DNA of 63,338 nucleotides from a virus (lineage: Duplodnaviria; Caudoviricetes), in IMG/VR virus record IMGVR_UViG_3300037420_001819, positions 1 through 63,338 of that record. One strand, given 5' to 3'. Position 1 is the stretch's first letter, and each line of letters starts with the position of its first letter. The notes beneath the pieces were generated by a model. It was not told the origin of the DNA, searched no databases, and saw only the letters and a program-made list of their open reading frames with translations. Positions 8,515 to 16,471 of the stretch are shown here, piece by piece. Both the position numbers and the translations under genes were made by a program.

Positions 8515-9711
8515 CTACATCTTGAGCACCTCCATGGCGTCGACCAGGGCGATCCTCTCGCCGATGAGTTCCATCGCGTTGACCGCCATCGAGTTGCCCA
8601 GCGCCTTGTAGCGCGGGCCGTCCACGTCCTTCACGCGCCAGCGGCCGGAGCCCTTGGTCTGGCGCACCTCGAGCCCGAGCTCCATGCACGACTCCGGCGT
8701 CTCGTCCGTGTCCATGGGCCGCCACGCCTTCCACGGGATCTTGGTCCAGTTGTCGGGGAAACCCTGCAGCCGCTCGCACTCCAGCGGGGTCAGCCGGCGC
8801 ACCGCCCAGTCGGTGGCCACCATCGGCGCCGACCCGGAGGCCCGGTCGCAGTTGGTGCCGATGGCGCCAGACACGTCCGGCCCGAGGTCGATGTTCGAGC
8901 CTCGGGTCTGGAAAGCGATGTAGTCGCGGCTGGAGCCGCCGGAGGCCGCGCGCAGCGCGCCGACCGTGTCGCCGCGGCCGTGCACCTCGGGGACTGCCCC
9001 GGCGTCGTCGCGGCCGCGCAGGGCGAAGGCGACCGGGATCAGATGTCCGGCCTGGGCCTGGTTGTCGTCCGCGCCGCACGTTCCAACGCCGTTTGCAGTA
9101 AGGGCGGCAACTGCCGACCCCGGCCGGCGGCGCGGCGGAGGATTCCCAGACAGGCTTTCGCGGTCAAAAAGTACCGCAGCGGCACGGCGCCAATCGCCTC
9201 CAGAATGTCCGACAACGAAGACACGACGGCGTCGCTGTGGGACAGCCCGTCCGAAGCGGCATGTTCTGACGTACTGAGCGTCCAGAGTTCGGTAGGCGAA
9301 CCCATACCCGAGTTCGACCAGGCCCCCGAGGATGGCTCCAAAGTCCCGTCCGCCGTTCGACGACAGGACGCCGGGGACGTTCTCCCATACCAGCCAGTCG
9401 GGGCGCAGGCGTTGAGCCAGCCGAAGATACTCGAGCGCCAGGTTGCCGCGGTCGTCGTCCAGCCCGCCGCGGAGCCCGGCGACGCTGAAGGACTGGCAGG
9501 GGGTGCCTCCGACAAGGAGTCGAATAGGCCCATACTCGCCTGCGCGGATCGTCGTGAAGTCGCCATGAAGCGGAACCCCCGGGTGTCGGTGTTGAAGGAC
9601 CGCCCGCGGGAACGCGTCGATCTCGGAATAGAAGGCCGGCTGGAAGCCGTGCGGGGCCCACGCCACCGTCGCGGCCTCGATGCCGCTGCAGACGCTGCCG
9701 AAACTGATCAC
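8515..9711 (-). CDS. DNA (cytosine-5)-methyltransferase
   Basis: GTG start with GGGGGAGG RBS; motifs I SVCSGIEA, IV GGTPCQSFS, VI WENV, VIII QRRRRVF, IX RRLTPLECERLQGFPD, X YKALGNSM. Confidence 0.93.
   Translation of the reverse strand: MISFGSVCSGIEAATVAWAPHGFQPAFYSEIDAFPRAVLQHRHPGVPLHGDFTTIRAGEYGPIRLLVGGTPCQSFSVAGLRGGLDDDRGNLALEYLRLAQRLRPDWLVWENVPGVLSSNGGRDFGAILGGLVELGYGFAYRTLDAQYVRTCRFGRAVPQRRRRVFVVGHSGGDWRRAAAVLFDRESLSGNPPPRRRPGSAVAALTANGVGTCGADDNQAQAGHLIPVAFALRGRDDAGAVPEVHGRGDTVGALRAASGGSSRDYIAFQTRGSNIDLGPDVSGAIGTNCDRASGSAPMVATDWAVRRLTPLECERLQGFPDNWTKIPWKAWRPMDTDETPESCMELGLEVRQTKGSGRWRVKDVDGPRYKALGNSMAVNAMELIGERIALVDAMEVLKM
9039..9566 (-). CDS. nested alternative-frame ORF resembling the M.EcoHK31I beta polypeptide (start uncertain)
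   Basis: SSLSDILE...PLRYFLTAKACLGILRRAAGRGRQLPPLLQTAL in a different frame inside the MTase gene. Confidence 0.6.
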   Translation of the reverse strand: MATSRRSAQASMGLFDSLSEAPPASPSASPGSAAGWTTTAATWRSSIFGWLNACAPTGWYGRTSPASCRRTADGTLEPSSGAWSNSGMGSPTELWTLSTSEHAASDGLSHSDAVVSSLSDILEAIGAVPLRYFLTAKACLGILRRAAGRGRQLPPLLQTALERAARTTTRPRPDI

Positions 9712-9875
9712 GCCTCCCCCTTCAGGACGGCCAGGTCCTGGTGTTCTGAGCAGTAGGTGTCCGTGCCGCACAGCTCGACGACCCGGTCCGGCTCGACCGC
9801 GGCGGACTCGAAGCGGCTGAGCCCGCTGACGCGGGTCGCGCGGACGCCGCTCCTGAATTTCGGCTTGTCGTTCAT
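9708..9875 (-). CDS. hypothetical protein
   Basis: MNDKPKFRSG... 55 aa, coupled to both neighbours by 4-nt overlaps, GGGGGAG RBS. Confidence 0.55.
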   Translation of the reverse strand: MNDKPKFRSGVRATRVSGLSRFESAAVEPDRVVELCGTDTYCSEHQDLAVLKGEA

Positions 9876-10555
9876 TCTCCCCCCCGGGATTGGAACATGC
9901 AGGGTTGCACCGGCGCGATCAGCGGCTCCGCCTTCGGTGGCTCCGGCGGCCGGACGAATTTCTCGACCTCGTTGCCCCATTGGTCCCAGCCCGGGACCGC
10001 CGTGCGGGCGTTCATCTCGAGGTAGGGCCCGGCGGCGTAGCGCTCGATCTCGGCGTGGAGGTCGGGCTTGCGGCTGTGCTCGCGCACCGGCGCCACGATC
10101 AGCTCGGGGATGTCGCGGGCCAGCCGCCTCGGCGAGCCGCGCCGGCCGAGCAGGCAGAATTCAGAATTTTTGCGGGTCGTGTAGCCGGTGCCGATCGGGA
10201 AATCGTCCGGGTTGGTGATGAACGCCCGGGTCGGGCTGAACCCCTCGCGCAGCTTGGCCCAGACCTTGAAGCTGCTGGAGTAGGTGAAGCCCCACGCCTT
10301 CAGGGTGGCCAAGCCGTGCTCGAGGAACGGCCAGGTGCACCACAGGATCAGGTAGCAGTCCTTCGCCGCAACCCGGCGCACCGGCAGCGCCTTGATCTCC
10401 TCCAGCGTCATGGTCGGGTAGTGGCGCTCCACGTCGCGCCGGCCCTTCGCGCCTTCCTTCGGCGGCGCGTAGGTTTTGAACTTCCACGCGGGGTCGGCGT
10501 AGATCACCCCGTAGTGCTTGCGCGGAACGTCGTCGAAATTGCTGTAGGCGGTCAT
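9872..10555 (-). CDS. MT-A70 family adenine methyltransferase
   Basis: YGVIYADPAW, HYPTMTLEEIKALPV, AWGFTY, HSRKP, YLEMNAR, GWDQWGNE. Confidence 0.9.
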   Translation of the reverse strand: MTAYSNFDDVPRKHYGVIYADPAWKFKTYAPPKEGAKGRRDVERHYPTMTLEEIKALPVRRVAAKDCYLILWCTWPFLEHGLATLKAWGFTYSSSFKVWAKLREGFSPTRAFITNPDDFPIGTGYTTRKNSEFCLLGRRGSPRRLARDIPELIVAPVREHSRKPDLHAEIERYAAGPYLEMNARTAVPGWDQWGNEVEKFVRPPEPPKAEPLIAPVQPCMFQSRGGE

Positions 10556-10788
10556 CGCCGGCGTCCCTTCCATTCGGCCGCGTGCGCCGGGCACAGGTCT
10601 TTGCCGGGCGCGGGCCTGTGGGTGCAGACGACGCAGATCGGCGCGTCGCAGGTCGGCTTCTTGCCCTGCGGCGTCTTCCAGTCGCACAGCAGGGTCGCCG
10701 GCCGGCCGGAGCCGCACCGGCAGCGCTTCGGACGCCCGGTGCAGACGATGCCGGTCACGCCGTTCGCCCTGAAGGGGACGCAGGGCAT
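10552..10788 (-). CDS. Cys-rich zinc-binding protein
   Basis: MPCVPF...CRC...LLCDW...TCDAPICVVC...DLCPAH. Confidence 0.7.
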   Translation of the reverse strand: MPCVPFRANGVTGIVCTGRPKRCRCGSGRPATLLCDWKTPQGKKPTCDAPICVVCTHRPAPGKDLCPAHAAEWKGRRR

Positions 10789-11051
10789 CAGGCGGCCCGC
10801 CTCTGCTGCTCGCGCAGGGCCAGGGCGATGCGGCGCACCAGTTCGGCGTCGCCGCCGCCCTTCGTGGCCTTCAACGGCGGCTCGTCCGGCCGTTCCTGAC
10901 GGAACCGGCGCATGTTGTTCACCGCGTTTCGGGTGCGCGGCCAGCCCGCCTCGGTCAGGGCGGCGGCCGCCTTCGCCGCGGACAGGTGGTCGAGGCGATC
11001 GAGCGCCGCCAGTTCGTCGTCGTCCCACGGACGGTCGGTCGCCCCGCTCAC
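10788..11051 (-). CDS. GcrA-like/Myb-type HTH protein
   Basis: WDDDELAALDRL...SAAKAAAAL...TRNAV resembles the GcrA N-terminal DNA-binding HTH; the GcrA sigma-binding C-terminal part is not apparent. Confidence 0.5.
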   Translation of the reverse strand: MSGATDRPWDDDELAALDRLDHLSAAKAAAALTEAGWPRTRNAVNNMRRFRQERPDEPPLKATKGGGDAELVRRIALALREQQRRAA

Positions 11052-11575
11052 AGCAGCGCCCCCTTCGACTTGGCTTCCCGGCGCGCGGCGGCGGCCTGTT
11101 TGGCCAGTTGCGTCTTCGACGGCGGCGCGCCGAAGCTGAACACGAACCAAACGCCAGCGGCGTCGGCCATGTGCTCGTCGAGGAGGTGTGCCGGGATACG
11201 GAACTTCTCGGCCGCCCCGGCGATCATGTCCGGCTTCTGCGCGTTGCCGCGGCCGGTCAGGGCCAGCTTGGCCTCGTGCACCGGAACCTCGCGGAACGGC
11301 ACGCCGCGCTGGGCGCACAGCCAGGCGATGTGCCCGACCAGCGCGAAGTTCTTGCGGATGCCGGTGTGGTTCTGGCCGGCGGTGTTGGGGATCTCTGCGG
11401 CGCAGGCGGTGGCGCCGTCGATCTCCCGCAGGATGAAGTCCGTCGCCGATGAAAGGTAGGGCCCGAGCGCGGTCACGTCGCGCAGCTTGTGGGTCCTGAG
11501 CACGACCCGGTCGATCACGCCGACCGGCCCCCGGGCGACGCCGAGATGGCGGCCGGGATCGAAGCACACCAACAT
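11048..11575 (-). CDS. ruvC: RuvC-like Holliday junction resolvase
   Basis: FDPG...G, AAE, AKLALTGRGNAQKPDM, DEHMADA acidic catalytic pattern. Confidence 0.85.
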   Translation of the reverse strand: MLVCFDPGRHLGVARGPVGVIDRVVLRTHKLRDVTALGPYLSSATDFILREIDGATACAAEIPNTAGQNHTGIRKNFALVGHIAWLCAQRGVPFREVPVHEAKLALTGRGNAQKPDMIAGAAEKFRIPAHLLDEHMADAAGVWFVFSFGAPPSKTQLAKQAAAARREAKSKGALL

Positions 11576-11639
11576 TACGAACTCCCCCGACTTGGAAACG
11601 AACCCGGCGCCGCCCTGTGTCCGGCGCCGGGGTTAAGGA

Positions 11640-12350
11640 TCAGTTGACGGCCGCGCCCTTGCGGGCCCGGGGCTTCTTCGCCCCCAGCGCCGCCGCCGCC
11701 CTGTCGATCTCGGCCTGCTCCTTGGCGCGTTCCTCGGCCAGGCTTGGAGTCAGCGGCACGACGTTGGACGGCTCCTCGCCGTAGTCGCCGCCCTCGGCGT
11801 CGCCCAGCTGGTGCGGCGAGGCGCCCGGCGGGGTGCCCGGCTGCAGCCGGTCGGCCTCGCTCTGGACGGTGTCGGCCTTCAGCGCCTCGGCGGCGGCCTC
11901 GGCCAGCGCCTCGGCGCGGGCCTTGTCGCCCTCGCCCCAGCCCTCCATCCACAGCTGGACCTGCGCCGGGCTCAGCGACGGCGGCGGCGACGCCTTCAGC
12001 CCCTTCAGGCCGGCGAAGTTGCCCGCCCAGCGCACGTCCTCGGTGGCGCCGGTCGGCTGCGCCTCGCTGAACAGGTCGAACTGGGTGCCGACCTTGATGT
12101 TCACAAAGCCGAGGTACTTCAGCTTGCGGGTGAAGTAGGTGCGGATCTCGCCGATGGTCCAGCCCAGCATCTTGCGGACCTGGTCGAGGTCGCCGAGCTC
12201 GATGTTCTGCGCCTTGAACTTCTTGCGGTTGCGGCTGCGCCGGGCCTTGATCGCGTCCAGGTCGGCGTCGTCCTGCTCGGCGATCGCCACCGCCTTGAGG
12301 AAGTCTTCTCGGGTCGGGCCGTTGTGGCCGTCGCCTGCGGGATCGCTCAT
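11640..12350 (-). CDS. GapR/DUF2312-like DNA-binding protein with C-terminal extension
   Basis: GHNG start, coiled helix, then RKKFKAQNIELGDLDQVRKM like GapR homologs; contains QFDLF and DYGEEP. Confidence 0.55.
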   Translation of the reverse strand: MSDPAGDGHNGPTREDFLKAVAIAEQDDADLDAIKARRSRNRKKFKAQNIELGDLDQVRKMLGWTIGEIRTYFTRKLKYLGFVNIKVGTQFDLFSEAQPTGATEDVRWAGNFAGLKGLKASPPPSLSPAQVQLWMEGWGEGDKARAEALAEAAAEALKADTVQSEADRLQPGTPPGASPHQLGDAEGGDYGEEPSNVVPLTPSLAEERAKEQAEIDRAAAALGAKKPRARKGAAVN

Positions 12351-12460
12351 GCGATTCTCCTCCGCGCGGATTGACGGCCGCCGCGCCGGCCTTTTCCCCC
12401 GACGGGAAATTCGAATGATGCGGCACGCGCGAGCTCTGCGGCCCGACGTCGCGCGGGGTG

Positions 12461-12664
12461 TCAGGCGGCCGTGGCGGCCTTCTCGTCGGCGTGCCTCTGG
12501 GCCACCGATTCGAGCTTCTTCAGGTTGCCCACCGCGGCGGGCGGGGCTTTCAGCAGCTTGCGCACGGTGTTCTCGTTCAGCCCGGCACGCTTGGCCAATT
12601 CAGGCACGCCGAGCTCGAACGCGGCGACCTTGATCTGCTGCTCGGCTTCTTCGATGCGGGTCAT
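12461..12664 (-). CDS. Cro-like HTH regulator
   Basis: 67 aa, GVPELAKRAGLNENTVRKLL; first gene of the leftward operon at a divergent promoter. Confidence 0.7.
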   Translation of the reverse strand: MTRIEEAEQQIKVAAFELGVPELAKRAGLNENTVRKLLKAPPAAVGNLKKLESVAQRHADEKAATAA

Positions 12665-12739
12665 GTAGGCCCCTTGTGGTCGCGATCAGATGGCGGGACC
12701 GTACAGCGCAGAAATTTGCGCCGCAACTCAATTTCGTGT

Positions 12740-12768
12740 TTGACGCCCCAAGAAACCGCCCATATGGT
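12740..12768 (+). promoter_or_regulatory. sigma70-type promoter for the recombination operon
   Basis: TTGACG (12740-45), 17-nt spacer, TATGGT (12763-68); flanked by imperfect inverted repeats GCGCAGAAATTTGCGC (12706-21) and CTTGC-N11-GCAAG (12773-93). Confidence 0.7.
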
Positions 12769-12813
12769 CCGGCTTGCAAATCACGTTCGCAAGCGCCGCA
12801 CAGGAGGCCGCCC

Positions 12814-13338
12814 ATGAACCACACCGCGCCCGAAACGGGCGTCTTCGTCGCGCTGCTCGCCGACGAGAATCTGCAGGTCGCGGTCGATCCGGACGGCGTC
12901 CTGGTGATCTATCCCCGCGGCGACGAGGCGGTGGCGCTGCAGATCCCCGCCGACCTGATCCGCCAGACGCTCGAGAAGCTGATCGCGGTGGTCGAGCCGC
13001 GCGCCTCGCGGCCGCCGCTGAGCGTCGGCGAGGCCAAGGCCATAGACCGGGTCGTGCCGATCCGCCCGACATCCGATCGCCGCCACGTCAGCCGCGAATT
13101 GATGCAGCGCCTGCAGATGCTCGGCGACGTGCTGACCCCGGAATCGCCGAACGGCGGCTTCGACGCCTTCATCGCCGGCGTCAGGATCGACGGCCGGGAC
13201 GCGGTCGGCACGGGCCCGTCCGCAGTCGACGCGATCGCCGATCTGTGGATCCGGCTCAGTGCCGCCGACTGGATCAACGTCAACGGCGCGCCGCCTGTCC
13301 GCTGGTCGCCGTACCGGCGCGCGTGGATCGACGCCTGA
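12814..13338 (+). CDS. hypothetical protein
   Basis: ATG 12814 with CAGGAGG RBS downstream of the promoter. Confidence 0.7.
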   Translation: MNHTAPETGVFVALLADENLQVAVDPDGVLVIYPRGDEAVALQIPADLIRQTLEKLIAVVEPRASRPPLSVGEAKAIDRVVPIRPTSDRRHVSRELMQRLQMLGDVLTPESPNGGFDAFIAGVRIDGRDAVGTGPSAVDAIADLWIRLSAADWINVNGAPPVRWSPYRRAWIDA

Positions 13339-13877
13339 TGGACGGCGCCCAGATCACGGCCGAGCGCTGGCTTCCCGTCGTCGGGTACGAGGGGCTGTAC
13401 GAGGTCTCCGACCTCGGGCGCGTGCGCAGCATCCACCACAAGGCCAGCGGCGTGACTCGCCCCAGAGCGCCGTGGATCTTGGCGCAGACCAGCAACGGAC
13501 GCCACGGCGGCCATGTCACGGTGGAGCTCAGGGACGAGAACAGCAAGCGCCGCAATCGTCTCGTTCATCAACTCGTCCTGAACGCCTTCATCGGCCCGCG
13601 ACCGGCTGGAACGGGCGGGGCGCACGACGACGGCGACCCGACCAACAACCGGCTCGGCAATCTGGCTTGGAAGACGCAGGCGCAGAACATGGCTGACAGG
13701 GAGCGGCACGGGCGCACCGCCAGAGGCGAGAGACACGGCAGCGCGAAGCTGACGGAAAAGACGGTCATCGAGATCAGGGCCTCGACGAAATCAACTGCCG
13801 AATTGGCCCGGTCGTACAAGGTTGGAGAAACGACCATCTCCGCAATCAAACTTCGGAGGAAGTGGAAGCATGTCTAG
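13338..13877 (+). CDS. NUMOD4-HNH homing endonuclease
   Basis: WLPVVGYEGLYEVSDLGRVRS (NUMOD4); VHQLVLNAFIG...HDDGDPTNNRLGNLAW (HNH); C-terminal HTH-like tail. Confidence 0.92.
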   Translation: MDGAQITAERWLPVVGYEGLYEVSDLGRVRSIHHKASGVTRPRAPWILAQTSNGRHGGHVTVELRDENSKRRNRLVHQLVLNAFIGPRPAGTGGAHDDGDPTNNRLGNLAWKTQAQNMADRERHGRTARGERHGSAKLTEKTVIEIRASTKSTAELARSYKVGETTISAIKLRRKWKHV

Positions 13878-15024
13878 CATCGTCGAGCACCCGGACGGGG
13901 TGCATCTCCACATGAGCGAGGACGCCTATTTCGAAGACTGGGCGCTCGGGTCTTCTTCCATAAAGATGTTGTATTCCTCACCCATCGACTGGTGGTGGAA
14001 TTCTCCGTTCAACCTGCTGCAGCCGCAGGCGCGCAAGAAGAAGAACGCCCTGGAGTTCGGCTCGGCGCTGCACGTCGCGCTGCTGGAGGGCATGCAGACG
14101 TTCCGCACGGTCTACGGCGTCGAGCCGACGAAGTACGACCACCCGAACGCGCTCGACACCATGGACGACATGAAGGCCTGGCTGAAGGATCGCGGCGAGA
14201 AGGTGTCCGGCTCCAAGGCCGATCTGATCGAGCGGGTGCTGGCCTGCGACCCGAACGCCCCGGTGCTCGAGCGCATCGTCGCGAAGTGGGCGCAGCAGGG
14301 CAAGCGGCCGATCAGCCGGACGGACTTCGGCAAGATCACGCTGATGGAGCGCCTGCTGATGGGGCCGCCGAGCCAGCCGACGCGGCTCGGCAAGGCGTTC
14401 ACCGGCGGCCTGTCGGAGGTGTCGGTGTTCTGGACCGAGGAGGTGCAGATCGGCGCCGCGGTGGTGAAGATCCGGTTCCGCGCCCGGCTCGACAAGCTGA
14501 AGCCGAACGCCAGCATCGACCTGAAGTCGTTCTCCAACTGGGAGGGGCGCGAGTTCCACAAGGCCATGCTGCGGGACGCGGCGATCCGCTGGTATCCGCT
14601 GCAGGCAGTGCACTACGAGAAGGCCCGGCAGAAGCTGCGCGAGTTCGTCGCCGCCGGGAAGATCTTCGCGCCCCCGGGCTGCGAGGCCGAGATCGAACTG
14701 CTGCAGGAGATCGCCCGAGCCGAGACGTGGCGCTGGGTGTGGGTCTTCTACAAGACCGACGGCGCGCCGCGGGCCAAGGGCATCGTCATGGAGTGGCACG
14801 GCCCCGGCGGCATGGCGACCGAGGGCCAGGGCAAGCACGGCGCGATCTACAACTATGCGCTCGGCCAGTACCAGCAGGCGATCGCCGGCTTCCACCAGTA
14901 CGCCGCCCACTACGGCCTCGGCTTCAACGACGACGGCTCCGGCAAGCCCATGTGGGTCGACCTCGAGACGCTGTGGGATCCGGCGGTCGAGGACTTCCCC
15001 TCCTACAGCCAGATTGTGGACTGA
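13870..15024 (+). CDS. recE: RecE/exonuclease VIII-like PD-(D/E)XK nuclease (DUF3799-like) with SAP-like insertion
   Basis: LGSSSIK, FGSALHVALLE, EVSVFW, RARLD, IDLKS, YPLQAVHY; upstream of recT. Confidence 0.8.
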   Translation: MSSIVEHPDGVHLHMSEDAYFEDWALGSSSIKMLYSSPIDWWWNSPFNLLQPQARKKKNALEFGSALHVALLEGMQTFRTVYGVEPTKYDHPNALDTMDDMKAWLKDRGEKVSGSKADLIERVLACDPNAPVLERIVAKWAQQGKRPISRTDFGKITLMERLLMGPPSQPTRLGKAFTGGLSEVSVFWTEEVQIGAAVVKIRFRARLDKLKPNASIDLKSFSNWEGREFHKAMLRDAAIRWYPLQAVHYEKARQKLREFVAAGKIFAPPGCEAEIELLQEIARAETWRWVWVFYKTDGAPRAKGIVMEWHGPGGMATEGQGKHGAIYNYALGQYQQAIAGFHQYAAHYGLGFNDDGSGKPMWVDLETLWDPAVEDFPSYSQIVD

Positions 15025-15209
15025 TGCGCGCGCCCGTAGGCCTTTCCGACCGCAACTGGGATCTGGTTCGCCGGCTGACGCCGAACAGCGTGGCCGTCGA
15101 ACTTTCCGCCCGGGGCCGCTCCCGCATCTACGCGGACGAACTGAACCGCCTGCTCGACGCCGCGCGCGAGGAAGGCCGCAACGAGAAGGAGGGCGCCCAT
15201 GCCCGGTGA
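15024..15209 (+). CDS. hypothetical protein
   Basis: MRAPVGLSDRNW..., ATG overlaps the previous stop. Confidence 0.5.
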   Translation: MRAPVGLSDRNWDLVRRLTPNSVAVELSARGRSRIYADELNRLLDAAREEGRNEKEGAHAR

Positions 15210-16062
15210 AGAAGCCTACGACGATCTGTGCCGCGCCGAGTCCTACGAGGACTACGACTACGGCGAGGGGCCCGACTACGGGGACCCGTTCCCCTTGGCG
15301 GCCCCCGCGGCCACGATCGGCCACAACCAGCCCCCCTCGTTCGAGGAGGAGATCCGCGCCGAGCACGCCGCGGTGTTCCGGGCGGTGGCCGACCTCGAGG
15401 CCGCCTACGACAAGCTGCCTGCGGCGGTCGGCTCGGAGGCCGATCTGGCCCTGACCTCCAAGTTCGTCGTCGATCTCGGCGCGGTCGTGAAGAAGGTCGA
15501 CAAGGCGCACAAGGACGCCAAGGCGCCGCTGAAGGAGAAGGTCGACGTGATCGACGGCCTGTTCCTGTCCAAGGGCCTGAAGGGGCGGCTGGAGGCGTGG
15601 AACGCCGCGGTCCGGCGCCGCAACGACGCCTGGCAGACCGAGCAGAACCGCCTGCGCCGCATCGCCGCCGAGGAGGAGGCCAAACGGCTGCGCGAGGCCG
15701 AGGCCGCCCGCATCGCCGAGGCAGAGGCGCTGGCGGCGCAAGGGCAGCACCGCGTCGCCGAGGTGGTCGAGGCGCAGGCCGTGCACCTGGCCGAGGCGGC
15801 GCAGGCGGTGGCCCAGACCGCCGAGGCGGCGGTGAAGGACGTGGTGCGCACCACCACCGGCGCCGGCGTCACCGTCGGCGGCCGCACGGTCTGGGAGTTC
15901 GAGATCGAGGACGCCGCCAAGATCGACCTCAACCTGCTGCGCAGCGTGATCCTCGACCACGAGCTCGAGGGCTTCGTGTCGCGCTTCGTCAACCGCGGCG
16001 GCCAGGCCCTGCCCGGCGTCCGCATCTACGAGACGGTGAAGGCGACCTACGGCCGCCGGTGA
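15199..16062 (+). CDS. coiled-coil recombination-region protein; N-terminus carries DYGE and DYGD
   Basis: IGHNQPP, long coiled coil, RTVWEFEIED...LPGVRIYE C-terminus typical of phage proteins next to recT; GGAGG RBS. Confidence 0.75.
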   Translation: MPGEEAYDDLCRAESYEDYDYGEGPDYGDPFPLAAPAATIGHNQPPSFEEEIRAEHAAVFRAVADLEAAYDKLPAAVGSEADLALTSKFVVDLGAVVKKVDKAHKDAKAPLKEKVDVIDGLFLSKGLKGRLEAWNAAVRRRNDAWQTEQNRLRRIAAEEEAKRLREAEAARIAEAEALAAQGQHRVAEVVEAQAVHLAEAAQAVAQTAEAAVKDVVRTTTGAGVTVGGRTVWEFEIEDAAKIDLNLLRSVILDHELEGFVSRFVNRGGQALPGVRIYETVKATYGRR

Positions 16063-16094
16063 CGTCGCAGAAAACACACAGGAACCGCATCATC

Positions 16095-16442
16095 ATGGCG
16101 AACAAGTACAGAAAGCTGACCCCCGTTGAGACGGTGAAGGTCTACGAGGCGTTGAAGCTGGCCCTTATTCAGCACGGCGACGGCACAGCCTCCTATGTCG
16201 AGGGGCAGAGCGACAAGAGGGTCGGCGACGCCGCCATCCCCGACTATCCCGGCGACAGGGCCGGAGCGGTCGGCAGCTATCGCCGCGTCGTGTTCGGCAG
16301 CTTTCCCAGGGCGGAGAAGAAGAAGCCCGAACCGCGGCCCGACCTCGCCGATATGGCGCGGCGCTACGCAGCGATGGAGCGCCAGATCCGCGTGCTCTGC
16401 GACAAGCTCGGCGAGCCGTGCGTCCTCGACGACGCCGCCTGA
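16095..16442 (+). CDS. hypothetical protein
   Basis: MANKYRKLTP..., ACAGGA RBS. Confidence 0.65.
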   Translation: MANKYRKLTPVETVKVYEALKLALIQHGDGTASYVEGQSDKRVGDAAIPDYPGDRAGAVGSYRRVVFGSFPRAEKKKPEPRPDLADMARRYAAMERQIRVLCDKLGEPCVLDDAA

Positions 16443-16471
16443 TCTAACTGAACCTCTGAAGGAGACTTTCC

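Noticed and set aside
11633-11647. CtrA-box-like TTAA-N7-TTGA
   Set aside because: Single imperfect match overlapping a stop codon; no supporting copies seen.
13338-13877. HNH gene as part of an intron or intein
   Set aside because: It is free-standing and coupled to intact flanking genes; no split host gene is evident.
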